Below are positions 8,553-16,935 of a stretch of 19,837 bases of DNA, piece by piece. The stretch spans positions 1 through 19,837 of the forward strand of contig JBGAIQ010000080.1 of NCBI GenBank assembly GCA_044225365.1. Reading direction: 5' to 3'. Every line of letters begins with the position of its first letter. Position 1 is the first letter of the stretch. Source of the stretch: Planctomycetota bacterium. Its GTDB lineage: Bacteria; Planctomycetota; B15-G4; JADJEK01. The notes below the pieces were generated by a model. That model ran no database searches and had not been told where the DNA came from. It saw nothing but the letters and a program-made list of their open reading frames with translations. The position numbers and the translations under genes were made by a program.

Positions 8553-10151
8553 ATGCCCGGAAATGCAGCGCTGCTCATCGATCTCGAGAACTTCTACATC
8601 GGCCGCGAACAGAATCACGCGCGCTCCCACGAGAGCGATACCTACGAGTTTCCCGTCGATCTCGATTCACTGTGTTCGTTCGCGAGATCGATCGCGGGCG
8701 AGCGGCGACTGATCGTCCAGCGCGCCTACGCCAACTTCAACGATCGGCGGCCCGGCGTCGGCGAGAAGCGCTGGGACTACTATCTGCAGCCGCAGCCTCG
8801 CTACCTCATGGAGCAGGGACTCGAGCCGGTGCAGGTGTTCCGCTTCCCGGGCGGAAACAACAAGAATGCCGCCGACATGAAGATGGCGATGGATGCGACC
8901 GTGCTGCTGCAAGCGCCGTCGTCGGTCGAACTCTTCATCATCGTCACCGGCGATTCGGACTTCATTCCTCTCGTGCTCGAGTTGAAGCGCTCGGGCGCGG
9001 AGGTGTACGTCATCGGTGTCTCGCACTGCACGAAGCCGATCTTCGAGCGCTACTGCGATCGCTTCGAGTACTTCGAGGACCTGCTCGCTGCTCGTGAATT
9101 GAAGCGCGAGGATGCGACCGATCTCGATGTGGTGAGGAAGGCTCTCGCGGTCCTCGTGTCGAGGATGGCGCCGATCAAGTTCGCGGCGGTGAAGCCTCTG
9201 CTCTCCGACGAACTCGGATTCCGGTTCGATCCCACACGTCACGGCTGCGAGAGCACCGGCGATTTCTTGCGCAAGAATGCCGCATCGCTCGGCGTCCAGG
9301 TGAAGCGCGGCGATCACGACTGGGAGATCATCGGACTGCACGACGGCATCTCGCCCGCCGTCATTCCCGGCGATCCGTCCGCGACGGATTACGAAACGAA
9401 CGCGGAAGCGGTCGCCCCACGATCCGATCCGTCCGATCACGACGAGGGTCTCGACGATCAGGACGACGATGCGCACGGCGACGATTCGGATCCGCCCTCG
9501 CGTGCGCCGCGTCGTGCGAAACCGGTCCCGCGCGCGAGGGCACCTCACGAGTCGACGCCAATCGATGCTCCCAACGCGGCGGGTGCGCAGGACGTGCATA
9601 CGGCCGCGCTCTATCGTGATCTGCTTCGCCAGGGAATGCCGCGGTGCTACGTCATCGAGTACGACGACTGGAACACCATCGTCGACACCGTGTACTCGAT
9701 CGTCGCGCCCGCCGAGGATCCGGTCGACGGTCGATCGTCTCGCGACGGCGAGAAGCCGGTGCGGATCGTGCACCAGGATCTCCTCACCGAGGTCACCGAA
9801 CAGTGCATCGATCAGGGTATGGTCGATGCGAGCCGCAAGGTGCGCGACGTCTGCTTCCAGCTCTTCAAGTCGGGTTGCTTCCATTGCGCGGAGGATGGTG
9901 CGGAGCCGGGTCAGCAGGATTTCCATTGGTCGAAGAAAGCGATGCTCGATCGCTCGCTCGCGAGCGTCGACGAGATGGTGGAGCGAGCCTGGAGCTTCCT
10001 CGCGGATCTGCTCGCCCGTCGTCTCGATCAGCGCGGAAGCGCCGCCAAGGTGCAGGTCGAGGCGTTTCGCGAACTCGTCGCGGGCGGTGATCCGACCGAC
10101 GAGGACGTCGTGCTCATCGACAAGATCCTGAAGAAGCCGCGCGCGAATTGA
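8553..10151 (+). CDS. NYN domain (LabA/DUF88, PIN-like) protein with OST-HTH/LOTUS domain, acidic linker and unknown C-terminal domain
   Basis: ALLIDLEN, RAYANF, KNAADMKMAMDA, IVTGDSDFIPLV..LKRSGAEVYVIG, CDRFEYFEDL; LOTUS-like FAAVKPLL...FDPTRHGCESTGDFLR. GAGGAA ribosome-binding site before the ATG. Confidence 0.9.
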   Translation: MPGNAALLIDLENFYIGREQNHARSHESDTYEFPVDLDSLCSFARSIAGERRLIVQRAYANFNDRRPGVGEKRWDYYLQPQPRYLMEQGLEPVQVFRFPGGNNKNAADMKMAMDATVLLQAPSSVELFIIVTGDSDFIPLVLELKRSGAEVYVIGVSHCTKPIFERYCDRFEYFEDLLAARELKREDATDLDVVRKALAVLVSRMAPIKFAAVKPLLSDELGFRFDPTRHGCESTGDFLRKNAASLGVQVKRGDHDWEIIGLHDGISPAVIPGDPSATDYETNAEAVAPRSDPSDHDEGLDDQDDDAHGDDSDPPSRAPRRAKPVPRARAPHESTPIDAPNAAGAQDVHTAALYRDLLRQGMPRCYVIEYDDWNTIVDTVYSIVAPAEDPVDGRSSRDGEKPVRIVHQDLLTEVTEQCIDQGMVDASRKVRDVCFQLFKSGCFHCAEDGAEPGQQDFHWSKKAMLDRSLASVDEMVERAWSFLADLLARRLDQRGSAAKVQVEAFRELVAGGDPTDEDVVLIDKILKKPRAN

Positions 10152-10177
10152 CGCGAGAGGTCACGCCGCGTCGGTGC

Positions 10178-10462
10178 TCAAGGCTTCACGATCTTGCGCG
10201 ATTCCTTGAGGATCGTCGCGAGGATCTTCTTGAACTGCATCTTCGAGAAGCCGCGCGCATCCGTGAGGGCTCGCTTCAGGATCGCCTTCTCGCGCTTCAG
10301 ATCGATTGCGGGCAGACGATGCGCGCGCTTGATCTTGCCGATCTTCTTGGCGAGCTCGGCACGCCGCGAGAGGATCGCGATGAGCTGCGAGTCGAGGCGA
10401 TCGACGCGGTTCCGCAGATCATCCAACTTCGAGGCGATCCGTTTCTTGATCGGCTTCTTCAT
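10178..10462 (-). CDS. Monofunctional chorismate mutase, AroQ/type II (CM_2)
   Basis: LDDLRNRVDRLDSQLIAILSRRAELAKKIGKIK...DLKREKAIL...ESR carries equivalents of E. coli CM Arg11, Arg28, Lys39, Asp48, Arg51, Glu52 and Ser84; 94 aa. Confidence 0.88.
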   Translation of the reverse strand: MKKPIKKRIASKLDDLRNRVDRLDSQLIAILSRRAELAKKIGKIKRAHRLPAIDLKREKAILKRALTDARGFSKMQFKKILATILKESRKIVKP

Positions 10463-10524
10463 GCTTCAATTCACGAACTGCATCCGAGGGCGCGCGTGAC
10501 GCCGTCGGCACACGGGGCGGACCG

Positions 10525-13305
10525 ATGGAACCGATGAGCGAGATCGAAACAACCGCATTATCGGGATCGCCGCGCGGTAAGCCAGAGGTCTTGGCGCCAG
10601 CGGGCGACATGGAGTCGCTGATCGCCGCATTGCGACACGGAGCGGATGCCGTCTACTTCGGACTCGACGTCGGGTTCAACGCGCGAGCTCGCGCCGCGAA
10701 CTTCACGATCGACGATCTGAAGGACACCGTGGAGACGATCCACCTGTGCGGGGCCCGGGCGTATCTCACATTGAACACCTTGGTCTTCGAGCCCGAGCTG
10801 AAGCACGTCGCGAACGTTTTGCGCGAAGTCGCCCGCAGCGGGGTGGACGCGATCATCGTTCAAGACCCGGCGATCTGCCTCCTCGCGCAGGCGATCTGCC
10901 CCGCGCTCCACGTCCATGCCAGTACGCAGATGACGATCAGCTCCGCGCACGCCGCATCGTTCGCGAAGGAGCTCGGCGTCGTGCGCGTGGTCGTGCCGCG
11001 TGAACTCTCCGTCGCCGAGATCGCCGAGTACCAACGGGGCACGGACCTCGAGCTCGAAGTGTTCGTCCATGGCGCCTTGTGCGTGTCGTGGAGCGGGCAG
11101 TGTTTGACGTCGGAGGCCTGGAGCGGGCGTTCGGCGAATCGGGGGCAGTGCGCGCAGAGTTGTCGTTTGCCGTATTCGCTCGAGGTCGACGGAGAGCGAC
11201 GCGATCTGGGCGACGTGCGATACCTCCTTTCGCCGAGGGATCTCGCCGGGGCGCGCGCGGTGCCCGACCTCGCGCAGATCGGCGTGAAAGGGTTGAAGAT
11301 CGAAGGCCGCCAGAAGGGCAAGGTCTACGTCGCCACCGCAGCGCACGGCTATCGGCGGCTCGTCGATGGACTCCCGCGCGCGATGGAGAGCGCCGAAGGC
11401 CGTGCCGAGCTCGAACGAGGCTTTCGCGACGACCTGCGAGCGATGTCCCTCGCCTACACGCGAGGATTCTCCGATGGCTTCCTCGGCGGTTCCGATCATC
11501 AGACCCTGATCGAGGGTCGCTTCCCCAAGCACCGCGGCACGTACCTCGGCAGAGTCCTGCGGGTGGATCTCTCTCCGACCTCGACGCGTTCGGGGCCGGT
11601 CCGCGGCGGCGAGGTGTGGGTGAGTCAGGAGCGCGCTGGACGACGAGCGGACTGCTCCGGCGCGCGCGGCCTCGCGGGCGAAGAAGGGCGAAATGCGTCC
11701 CCCTTGGGCGAGACGAGCTCGCCGCTCGAGGGATTCCGTGACGCGGCGACGGCCGATCCGCGCGACAACGGGCCCGAAGCGTCACCGATCGAGCTGCGTT
11801 CAGGGATGGGCGTCGTATTCGATGCCGGCGATCCGGAGGCGAAGGACGAACCGGGCGGGCCGCTCTTCGGAGTCGATGCGAGGGAGGGCGAATGGCTGCT
11901 GCGATTCGGCAACCCCGGGCCCGACCTGAAGCGAGTCCATGTCGGCGACCGAGTCTGGGTGACGAGTGATCCGAAGCAGCAGGTCGCCGTCGACGGCGCG
12001 ATTCGCGGCGGGCCCCCGCTCGAACGGGTTCCCCTGGCGATCCGCGTCGAAGGGCGCCTTGGCGGTCCGCTGGTCGTCGACGCGAAGGTCGTTGGGTGCG
12101 AGTACGCGTGCGAGAAGATCGAAAGCGGGTCGATGCTCGAGGCCGCGCGAGGAGGAGGACTCGATTCGGCATTGCTCGCCGACAAGCTCTGCGCTCTGGG
12201 CGGAACGCATTTTCGCCTCGCGTCGCTCGAGATGGGAGCACTCGAGGGCGGACTCCATCTCCCGGTATCGGAGCTGAAGGCGATGCGACGGCGCCTCGTG
12301 GAGCGGCTCGAGGAACTCGTACGCCGCGGCGAGCCGCGCGAGATTCGCGGAGGTGATGCGATCGGAATCGTCGCGCAGTCGCTCCGCACTCGCGTGCCCG
12401 CGGGGGTCTCTCCCGATGGCGGCGCGGGCGAGGCCCGCATCGTTCCGCTCTGTCGCAACGACGAACAACTCGCCGCGGTGATCGAGGCGCGGCTTTTCGA
12501 AGTCGAGCTCGACTACATGGAACTAATTGGGCTGAAGCGCGCCGTGGAGAGAGCGCGCGCCGCGGGACTGCGAGTGACCATCGCCACGCTGCGGATCGAG
12601 AAGCCCCTCGAGGAACGGTTCTTCGATGCCGTCGCCGCGATCTCGCCCGACGGCTTGCTCGTTCGCCACTGGTCGGGGCTCGTGCGCGCTGCGTCGCTTC
12701 GAGATCCGCCGCGTCTGCACGGCGATTTCTCGTTGAACGTCACGAATTCGCTGACCGCGCTCCTCCTGCTCGGGAAGGGTCTCTGCTCGCTGACTCCGGG
12801 GTACGACCTCGACGCACATCAGCTCGAGGCCTTGCTCGACCAGGTCTCCGCCGCGCACTTCACGCTCCCCTTGTGGCACCGCGTCCCCGCGTTCCACACG
12901 GAGCACTGCGTCTACAGCCATCTCCTCTCGAACGGTCGCGATCATCGAACGTGCGGCCGCCCGTGCGAGGAGCATCGCATCACGCTCGTGAACGAGATGA
13001 GCAAGGACTCGGAGGACGCGGAGCATCCCGTCATCGTCGATGCGGGTTGCCGCAACACGGTGTTCGACGGCATGCCGCAGAGCCCCGCGAGTCTCGTTCC
13101 CGAGCTGCTTCGCCGCGGTCTCGAGCGATTCCGCGTGGAGTTCCTCCGAGAGGATCGCGACGCGACGGCGCGCATCCTGCTCGCCGCGCGGGAACTGCTC
13201 GACGGCGGGAAGACGCCGCGTGAATTCCTCGCGGCGACGGGTGCACGCGAGAGCGTCGGCGTGGGGCGCGGTCGGATGAAGTCACTCGTCGATAGTTCGC
13301 TCTGA
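10525..13305 (+). CDS. Peptidase U32 family protein, long form with DUF3656-like region (RlhA-like Fe-S RNA hydroxylase)
   Basis: PEVLAPAG, GADAVYFG, FNARARAANF, HASTQMT, ELEVFVHGALCVSWSGQC...SANRGQCAQSCRLPY (Fe-S cysteines), LLSPRDL, KIEGR, and a C-terminal HTEHC...CGRPC...GCRNTV cysteine cluster. Alternative start at 10534. Substrate is not determined by sequence alone. Confidence 0.92.
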   Translation: MEPMSEIETTALSGSPRGKPEVLAPAGDMESLIAALRHGADAVYFGLDVGFNARARAANFTIDDLKDTVETIHLCGARAYLTLNTLVFEPELKHVANVLREVARSGVDAIIVQDPAICLLAQAICPALHVHASTQMTISSAHAASFAKELGVVRVVVPRELSVAEIAEYQRGTDLELEVFVHGALCVSWSGQCLTSEAWSGRSANRGQCAQSCRLPYSLEVDGERRDLGDVRYLLSPRDLAGARAVPDLAQIGVKGLKIEGRQKGKVYVATAAHGYRRLVDGLPRAMESAEGRAELERGFRDDLRAMSLAYTRGFSDGFLGGSDHQTLIEGRFPKHRGTYLGRVLRVDLSPTSTRSGPVRGGEVWVSQERAGRRADCSGARGLAGEEGRNASPLGETSSPLEGFRDAATADPRDNGPEASPIELRSGMGVVFDAGDPEAKDEPGGPLFGVDAREGEWLLRFGNPGPDLKRVHVGDRVWVTSDPKQQVAVDGAIRGGPPLERVPLAIRVEGRLGGPLVVDAKVVGCEYACEKIESGSMLEAARGGGLDSALLADKLCALGGTHFRLASLEMGALEGGLHLPVSELKAMRRRLVERLEELVRRGEPREIRGGDAIGIVAQSLRTRVPAGVSPDGGAGEARIVPLCRNDEQLAAVIEARLFEVELDYMELIGLKRAVERARAAGLRVTIATLRIEKPLEERFFDAVAAISPDGLLVRHWSGLVRAASLRDPPRLHGDFSLNVTNSLTALLLLGKGLCSLTPGYDLDAHQLEALLDQVSAAHFTLPLWHRVPAFHTEHCVYSHLLSNGRDHRTCGRPCEEHRITLVNEMSKDSEDAEHPVIVDAGCRNTVFDGMPQSPASLVPELLRRGLERFRVEFLREDRDATARILLAARELLDGGKTPREFLAATGARESVGVGRGRMKSLVDSSL

Positions 13306-13392
13306 ACCTTCCTTTGGCCATCGTCGAGGTTCGTCTCGACAGAACGCCTCGCCGAACGCACAATCTCGGGACACGAAGCGTGGGACACTCCA

Positions 13393-13752
13393 ATGGTCGA
13401 CGTTCCCGAACTCACCGAAGCGACGCGGCGCCTGCGCGAGATCTGTCTCGAGCTGCCGGAGACGACGGAGACGCTGACGTTCAGCCATCCGACCTGGCAG
13501 GCCGCGCGCAAGACGTTCTGCGTGCTCGATCGTTATCAGGGCGTCGATTGCGTTTGCTTCAAGACCACGCTCGATCAGCAGAAGATCTTGCTGAAGGACG
13601 ACCGCTATTTCGCTGCGCCGTACGGCGGGAAGATGGGTTGGACCTGCGCCCGAATCGACGACGCGATCGACTGGAATGCCGTCGAGGAGCACGTGATCGA
13701 GAGCTGGCGCCTGTTCGCGAATCGCCGGATGCTGGCGAAGTACGAGGAGTAG
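13393..13752 (+). CDS. MmcQ/YjbR family (DUF419) putative DNA-binding protein
   Basis: RLREICLELPETTE...HPTW...KTF...CFK...RYFAAPYGGKMGW...IDWNAVEEHVIESWRL matches the family pattern; 119 aa. Confidence 0.88.
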   Translation: MVDVPELTEATRRLREICLELPETTETLTFSHPTWQAARKTFCVLDRYQGVDCVCFKTTLDQQKILLKDDRYFAAPYGGKMGWTCARIDDAIDWNAVEEHVIESWRLFANRRMLAKYEE

Positions 13753-13755
13753 CGG

Positions 13756-13893
13756 GCCGCGCTGGAGCGCGGCGGTCCCGCATAGCCGCGCTGGAGCGCG
13801 GCGGTCCCGCATAGCGCGCTGGAGCGCGGCGGTCCCGCATAGCCGCGCTGGAGCGCGGCGGTCCCGCATAGCCGCGCTAGAGCGCGGCGGTCC
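13756..13893. repeat. Tandem array of 29-bp REP-like palindromic units (4 full, 1 partial)
   Basis: Unit GCCGCGCTGGAGCGCGGCGGTCCCGCATA starts at 13756, 13785, 13814 (1-nt deletion), 13842 and 13871 (23 nt, AG loop). Each holds the inverted repeat GCCGCGCT-NG-AGCGCGGC. It fills the gap between convergent stops at 13752 and 13901. Confidence 0.93.
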
Positions 13894-13900
13894 AGGAGGA

Positions 13901-16888
13901 CTAATGCTCGCGCTGGGCGTAGCCGGGCATCTCGATCAAGGGGGCGTAGTCCACGTCCTCGTGGATCGAAGCGAAGTCCTTGAACCCGATCGCGATTGCG
14001 GCATCGAGGAGCTCGATCGCGCGCTTCTGCCATTGCGCGATCTTGGCTTCGCGATCGAGGGGTTCGTCGAGCGAGGCATGTTGTGCCGTCAGCACGAGCC
14101 GCGCGTAGACGGCAGCGCCGTTGCGGAGCGCGGTGGGCACGTCCGAGTACGTCTTCACCAATTCTTCGCCGAGCGCGATCGCGGAAGCGACGTGGCCGAG
14201 GCGCGCGTGACAGTCGGCGGTGCTGTACAGATGCAGCCGCAGGTATCGCCTGGAGACCGAATCGCCCGGAAGTCCGAGGATGGCTTGCCGCTGCTGTTCG
14301 AGAGCCTGCGAGAAGTGTTCGAGCGCGTTGCGAACGTCTCCCGCCTCCTTGTAGCAAAGGGCGAGATTGTGGAGCGCTCCACCGAATTGCCGGCGTTGCC
14401 ACGCTTCGTCCGGATGCGCGGTAACGGCTTTCCGCCAACGTTCGACCGATTCCTCCCCCCAGCGAATGGCGCCGACGTAGTCACTCCGGTTGCGATCGCT
14501 CTGGCACATCCCGTCGATGCAACGGAATAGGTCCCCAGAGATCTTCGTGTCCTCCGGGTATTGCGCCGCCAACTTGCGGGCGAGATCGAGGGCTTCGAGG
14601 AGGATGACCCGGCCCTCGTCGAAACGCTTCTCGACGTCACCGAGCAGATAGCCGAGGTTGTAGAGCGTGCGCTCCACGTCGCGCTCGTAGTCCGGCACTG
14701 CGGGGAAATCGGCGGCGAGCTTGCGCTGGATGTCGATCGCCTTGCGCAACGTGCCTTCGCCGGGGGCATCCTTGCCGAACGTGACGGAGCCCAGGTCCAT
14801 CAACACTTGGGCGTGATGGAATCGCCATTGCGGGTCGTCGGGATGGTCGTTCGACAGCTTTTCGAACTCCGTTGCTGAGGCGGCGTACTGCTTCGCGGCG
14901 TCGGCCGTCGATCCGCCCCCGCCTTCGATCGCGACTCCGAGTGCGCTGTGCGCGCGTGCGGCACGGGCTCGATGCTCGACCTGTTCGGGTTCCCTGGCGA
15001 TGAGTCCCTCCGACAACGCGATCACGTCGCGGAATCGCTTCTGCGCATCCTGGACGTCGAGCTGGATCTCGATCTCGCCGAACGCGCGAAGGCAGTCCGC
15101 GAGCTCGCCCTGTTCGGCGGCGCTCGCGTCCTTGGCACGGGCGATCGGTTCGAGCCGCTCGATCGCGGTCTTCAACTCCTTCGCGGCATCCTGCGTTCGG
15201 CCGAGGGCAACGAGGGTCGCGGCGAGTCCGCGACGGCATGCGGCGCTCTGGATCGCGACGAATCGCTCGTCGGCGGAGTCCTTTCCGAGTCGTTCGATCT
15301 CTGCGATCGCGTCGCCGTAGGATTTCTGCGCCGTCTGCGAATCGCCGAGCTGCGACTGGAGCGAGCCCACGCGCTCCATTACACGCACGGCTCCCCTGCG
15401 GACGTCGGGATCGTCGGAGTGCTCGGAGAGGAATGCGCGGTAGAACCCGAGCGCGCGCTCGACGAGCTTCCTGCGCACGGGCTCCATGTGCGGAACCTTG
15501 CGCAAGTGTTCCGATCCGACATCCGTGAGCATCGAATCGACGGCTTCGAGGGCCATGCCGAAGTTCTTCTCGGCGAGGCGACTCTTCTCCTCGATGCGTT
15601 CGCGGGCGTGACGTTCCTGCAGGTACAGGATCGCCGGGCCCGCAGTGACGACGAACGTGCCGACGACGAGAGTGCTCGCGAGCGCCGGCCTTCGCTGGCA
15701 GAACCGCTTGAAGATGAGGATCGGCCCCGCGCGTCGCGCCTGGATGGGGCGGTGTTCGAGGACGTTTCGCAGATCGCGCGCGAGATCGGCGGCGGACGCG
15801 TAACGACGAGCCGGATCGGCATCCATCGCCTTCTGGCACACCGTTTCGATCTCCCACGAGAGCGCCCGATTGCGCGCGCGCGGCGGCAGCGGATCGCCTT
15901 CCGCGATGCGCTGCAGGATCTCGTGGGCGGAATCGCCATTGAACGGAGTGAACAGCGTGAGCATCTCGTAGAGCGCGACGCCGAGCGAGTAGACATCGGA
16001 TCGTGCGTCGAGTTCGCGGTTCTTCCCCCGCGCTTGCTCCGGCGGCATGTAGTGGATCGAGCCCATCTGACTGCCGGTCTGCGTCAGCTTGTGCGTGCCC
16101 TCCGCGGCGGCGAGTCCGAAGTCGAGCAGCATCGCTCGCCCGTCCGGAGTGAGCATCACGTTCGACGGCTTGATGTCGCGATGGATCACGCCATTGCGAT
16201 GCGCGTGCTCCAAGGCGTCGGCCACCTGCACTGCGATGCGGATGCAGACTTCCTCGTACGTGCCGGGGAATACATCGATCGGCGGCAGCGCGAGCTCGAG
16301 CGAGCGAGCGATCACTTCGGCAAAGTGAGAGCCACGCAGTTTCTCGGCGATCTCGCCATGCAGCGCCTTGATGACGACGTCGAGCGAGATGCCATGCACG
16401 CGCTCCATCGCGAAGAACGGGAGGCCGTTCTCCTCGCCGACGGTGTAGATCGGGACGATGCCGGGATGCTGCAAGCGGGCGATCGTTTCGATCTCGCGCC
16501 GGAACCGCTCGTGCGTTCCGGGGAAGTACAGCATGTCGGGTCGAATCAGCTTGAGCGCGACTTCCCTTCCGAGATTGACCTGTTCGGCGAGGTAGACGAC
16601 GCCCATTCCGCCGCCGCCGAGCTGGCGCAGGAGTCGGAATTCACCGAGACGCTCGGGGAACTGCGGGGCCTCCGTTCCACTCGGCGCTTCGAGCATGCCC
16701 ATCGCGATGAGCTGGCCGATACGCTTGCGAATCTGGCTCGCGTGCTCCGGATTCTCCGCGCAGAGCATTTCGACGGCAGAGGGCCCTTTCGACTCATAGT
16801 CCTCGAGGCATCGCGCGAGGATGTCGTCGAATTCCTCGAGTCCGTTCTTGGGTTCTTTCCCGTGTTCGTTCGGAGCGTGGCCTGTCAT
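13901..16888 (-). CDS. Membrane Hanks-type Ser/Thr protein kinase with C-terminal TPR region (995 aa)
   Basis: Likely start ATG 16888 (MTGHAPNEH...). GGGGMGVVY, VALK, HRDIKPSN, DFGLA, YMPPEQ, SDVYSLG; hydrophobic helix LASTLVVGTFVVTAGPAILYL; TPR-like helices ending AIELLDAAIAIGFKDFASIHEDVDYAPL. The ORF-track extension to 18265 is an off-frame read of the neighbouring gene. Confidence 0.92.
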   Translation of the reverse strand: MTGHAPNEHGKEPKNGLEEFDDILARCLEDYESKGPSAVEMLCAENPEHASQIRKRIGQLIAMGMLEAPSGTEAPQFPERLGEFRLLRQLGGGGMGVVYLAEQVNLGREVALKLIRPDMLYFPGTHERFRREIETIARLQHPGIVPIYTVGEENGLPFFAMERVHGISLDVVIKALHGEIAEKLRGSHFAEVIARSLELALPPIDVFPGTYEEVCIRIAVQVADALEHAHRNGVIHRDIKPSNVMLTPDGRAMLLDFGLAAAEGTHKLTQTGSQMGSIHYMPPEQARGKNRELDARSDVYSLGVALYEMLTLFTPFNGDSAHEILQRIAEGDPLPPRARNRALSWEIETVCQKAMDADPARRYASAADLARDLRNVLEHRPIQARRAGPILIFKRFCQRRPALASTLVVGTFVVTAGPAILYLQERHARERIEEKSRLAEKNFGMALEAVDSMLTDVGSEHLRKVPHMEPVRRKLVERALGFYRAFLSEHSDDPDVRRGAVRVMERVGSLQSQLGDSQTAQKSYGDAIAEIERLGKDSADERFVAIQSAACRRGLAATLVALGRTQDAAKELKTAIERLEPIARAKDASAAEQGELADCLRAFGEIEIQLDVQDAQKRFRDVIALSEGLIAREPEQVEHRARAARAHSALGVAIEGGGGSTADAAKQYAASATEFEKLSNDHPDDPQWRFHHAQVLMDLGSVTFGKDAPGEGTLRKAIDIQRKLAADFPAVPDYERDVERTLYNLGYLLGDVEKRFDEGRVILLEALDLARKLAAQYPEDTKISGDLFRCIDGMCQSDRNRSDYVGAIRWGEESVERWRKAVTAHPDEAWQRRQFGGALHNLALCYKEAGDVRNALEHFSQALEQQRQAILGLPGDSVSRRYLRLHLYSTADCHARLGHVASAIALGEELVKTYSDVPTALRNGAAVYARLVLTAQHASLDEPLDREAKIAQWQKRAIELLDAAIAIGFKDFASIHEDVDYAPLIEMPGYAQREH

Positions 16889-16935
16889 CGCGGAGAAGGA
16901 TACACCCTGTTTCGATTCCTCAAAATCGAACTGCT

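Noticed and set aside
8553-10462. Toxin-antitoxin or defence island centred on the NYN gene
   Set aside because: No adjacent co-oriented antitoxin-like gene, no mobile or defence genes nearby, and no visible composition shift.
10525-13305. Collagenase/protease function for the U32 gene
   Set aside because: No signal peptide and the Fe-S cysteine motifs are intact; characterised U32 members with these motifs are hydroxylases, so the protease label is likely a legacy annotation.
13756-13893. CRISPR array (29-bp palindromic repeats)
   Set aside because: The units abut with a constant linker and no unique spacers, and no cas genes are in the window.
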